Shown in pieces: positions 63,474-64,000 of a DNA stretch of 64,000 bases. Position 1 is the stretch's first letter. Every line of letters begins with the position of its first letter. Position numbers and translations under genes: made by a program. Below the pieces are notes generated by a model. It searched no databases, was not told the origin of the DNA, and saw only the letters and a program-made list of their open reading frames with translations. Source of the DNA: Nitrospirota bacterium (GTDB lineage: Bacteria > Nitrospirota > UBA9217); the NCBI GenBank assembly GCA_963845065.1, contig CAWJQQ010000001.1, positions 192,001 to 256,000 of the forward strand. Reading direction: 5' to 3'.

Positions 63474-64000
63474 TCAGCGAGCCCTTTTCCCTTTTTTCAT
63501 AATCTGCATGGCATGTTTTTTCTTTATTACCTTTGTCATTGAAATCGATTTCTCTTTATTGCCAGGTGTCTTTCTTTTCTTTCGTTCAGATATATTTCTC
63601 TTCGCCCTCACGTTGTTTATTGCTGTTTTCACGTGCGCTTTTTTTTTCACAGGTCTTGCAGCGACAGCGTTACTCATCGGCTCTTCAAAATTCGTCATCT
63701 CTATGCCAAACAGAGCGGACAAGTCCGCATCATCGATAATTCGTGAACTCTTTTTCGCAGCTTTTTCGAGTAGGTTTTCAGCTTTGGCCGAAGCGGTACG
63801 GGTAATAAGATCGGCCATGCCAATGTCGCGGAGCGTGAAAAAGAGGGTTGCGTCCTTATCGAGACGCGCGCCGACAGCATACAGCGTTGCCGCCACATGC
63901 TTGCACATGCTCGCCCAGTCAGGACAGGTACACTCGAATGCAATTTCCTTTGGCGTCGGGAAGAGACCGCCGTCGCGCTGTAAAAACAATGATCCGAGCT
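63474..64000 (-). CDS. SWIM zinc-finger protein, 5'-truncated by window edge
   Basis: GLFP..EIAFECTCPDWASMCKHVAATLY..RLD..LFFTLR. Confidence 0.9.
   Translation of the reverse strand, partial: LGSLFLQRDGGLFPTPKEIAFECTCPDWASMCKHVAATLYAVGARLDKDATLFFTLRDIGMADLITRTASAKAENLLEKAAKKSSRIIDDADLSALFGIEMTNFEEPMSNAVAARPVKKKAHVKTAINNVRAKRNISERKKRKTPGNKEKSISMTKVIKKKHAMQIMKKGKRAR

Overview
Bacterial window of about 50% GC. The gene content (sigma54 promoters, nifI, Ni-CODH, outer-membrane barrel) suggests an anaerobic diderm such as Nitrospirota or Desulfobacterota; this is inference only. From left to right it holds: (1) a kdpA'-kdpB-porin-kdpC operon with kup and DUF1646 remnants; (2) modABC and two ModE-type genes; (3) a Mo-nitrogenase cluster (nifHDK, fused nifEN, nifX, nifI1/nifI2, ferredoxin, GNAT, nifB, hesA) plus a P-II gene, with four sigma54 promoters across the mod/nif/P-II region; (4) an accessory region of about 20 kb (25.8-45.7 kb); and (5) a decayed mobile region. 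The accessory region is the main discovery. It carries five ORFs interrupted by an in-frame TGA, each followed by a SECIS-like hairpin; in four the TGA sits at a Cys-equivalent position. They are an SbtA-like peptide, an OsmC-like protein, two exported HMA-like proteins that have a Cys paralog in the same window, and a DsbA-like UxxC protein. The HMA-like and DsbA-like genes lie in a tandemly duplicated, two-component-regulated module with MsrAB, a membrane Mo-oxidoreductase, methionine-rich secreted proteins and a di-haem peroxidase. This looks like a selenium- and methionine-based envelope oxidant-defence system. The mobile region contains toxin-antitoxin remnants, an IS110 stub, a tnpB-only IS200/IS605 element, integron attC sites, and three 3'-half tRNA-fMet remnants, two of which bracket a cooS-cooF-FNOR cassette. 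All calls come from reading the sequence by eye; no searches were run.
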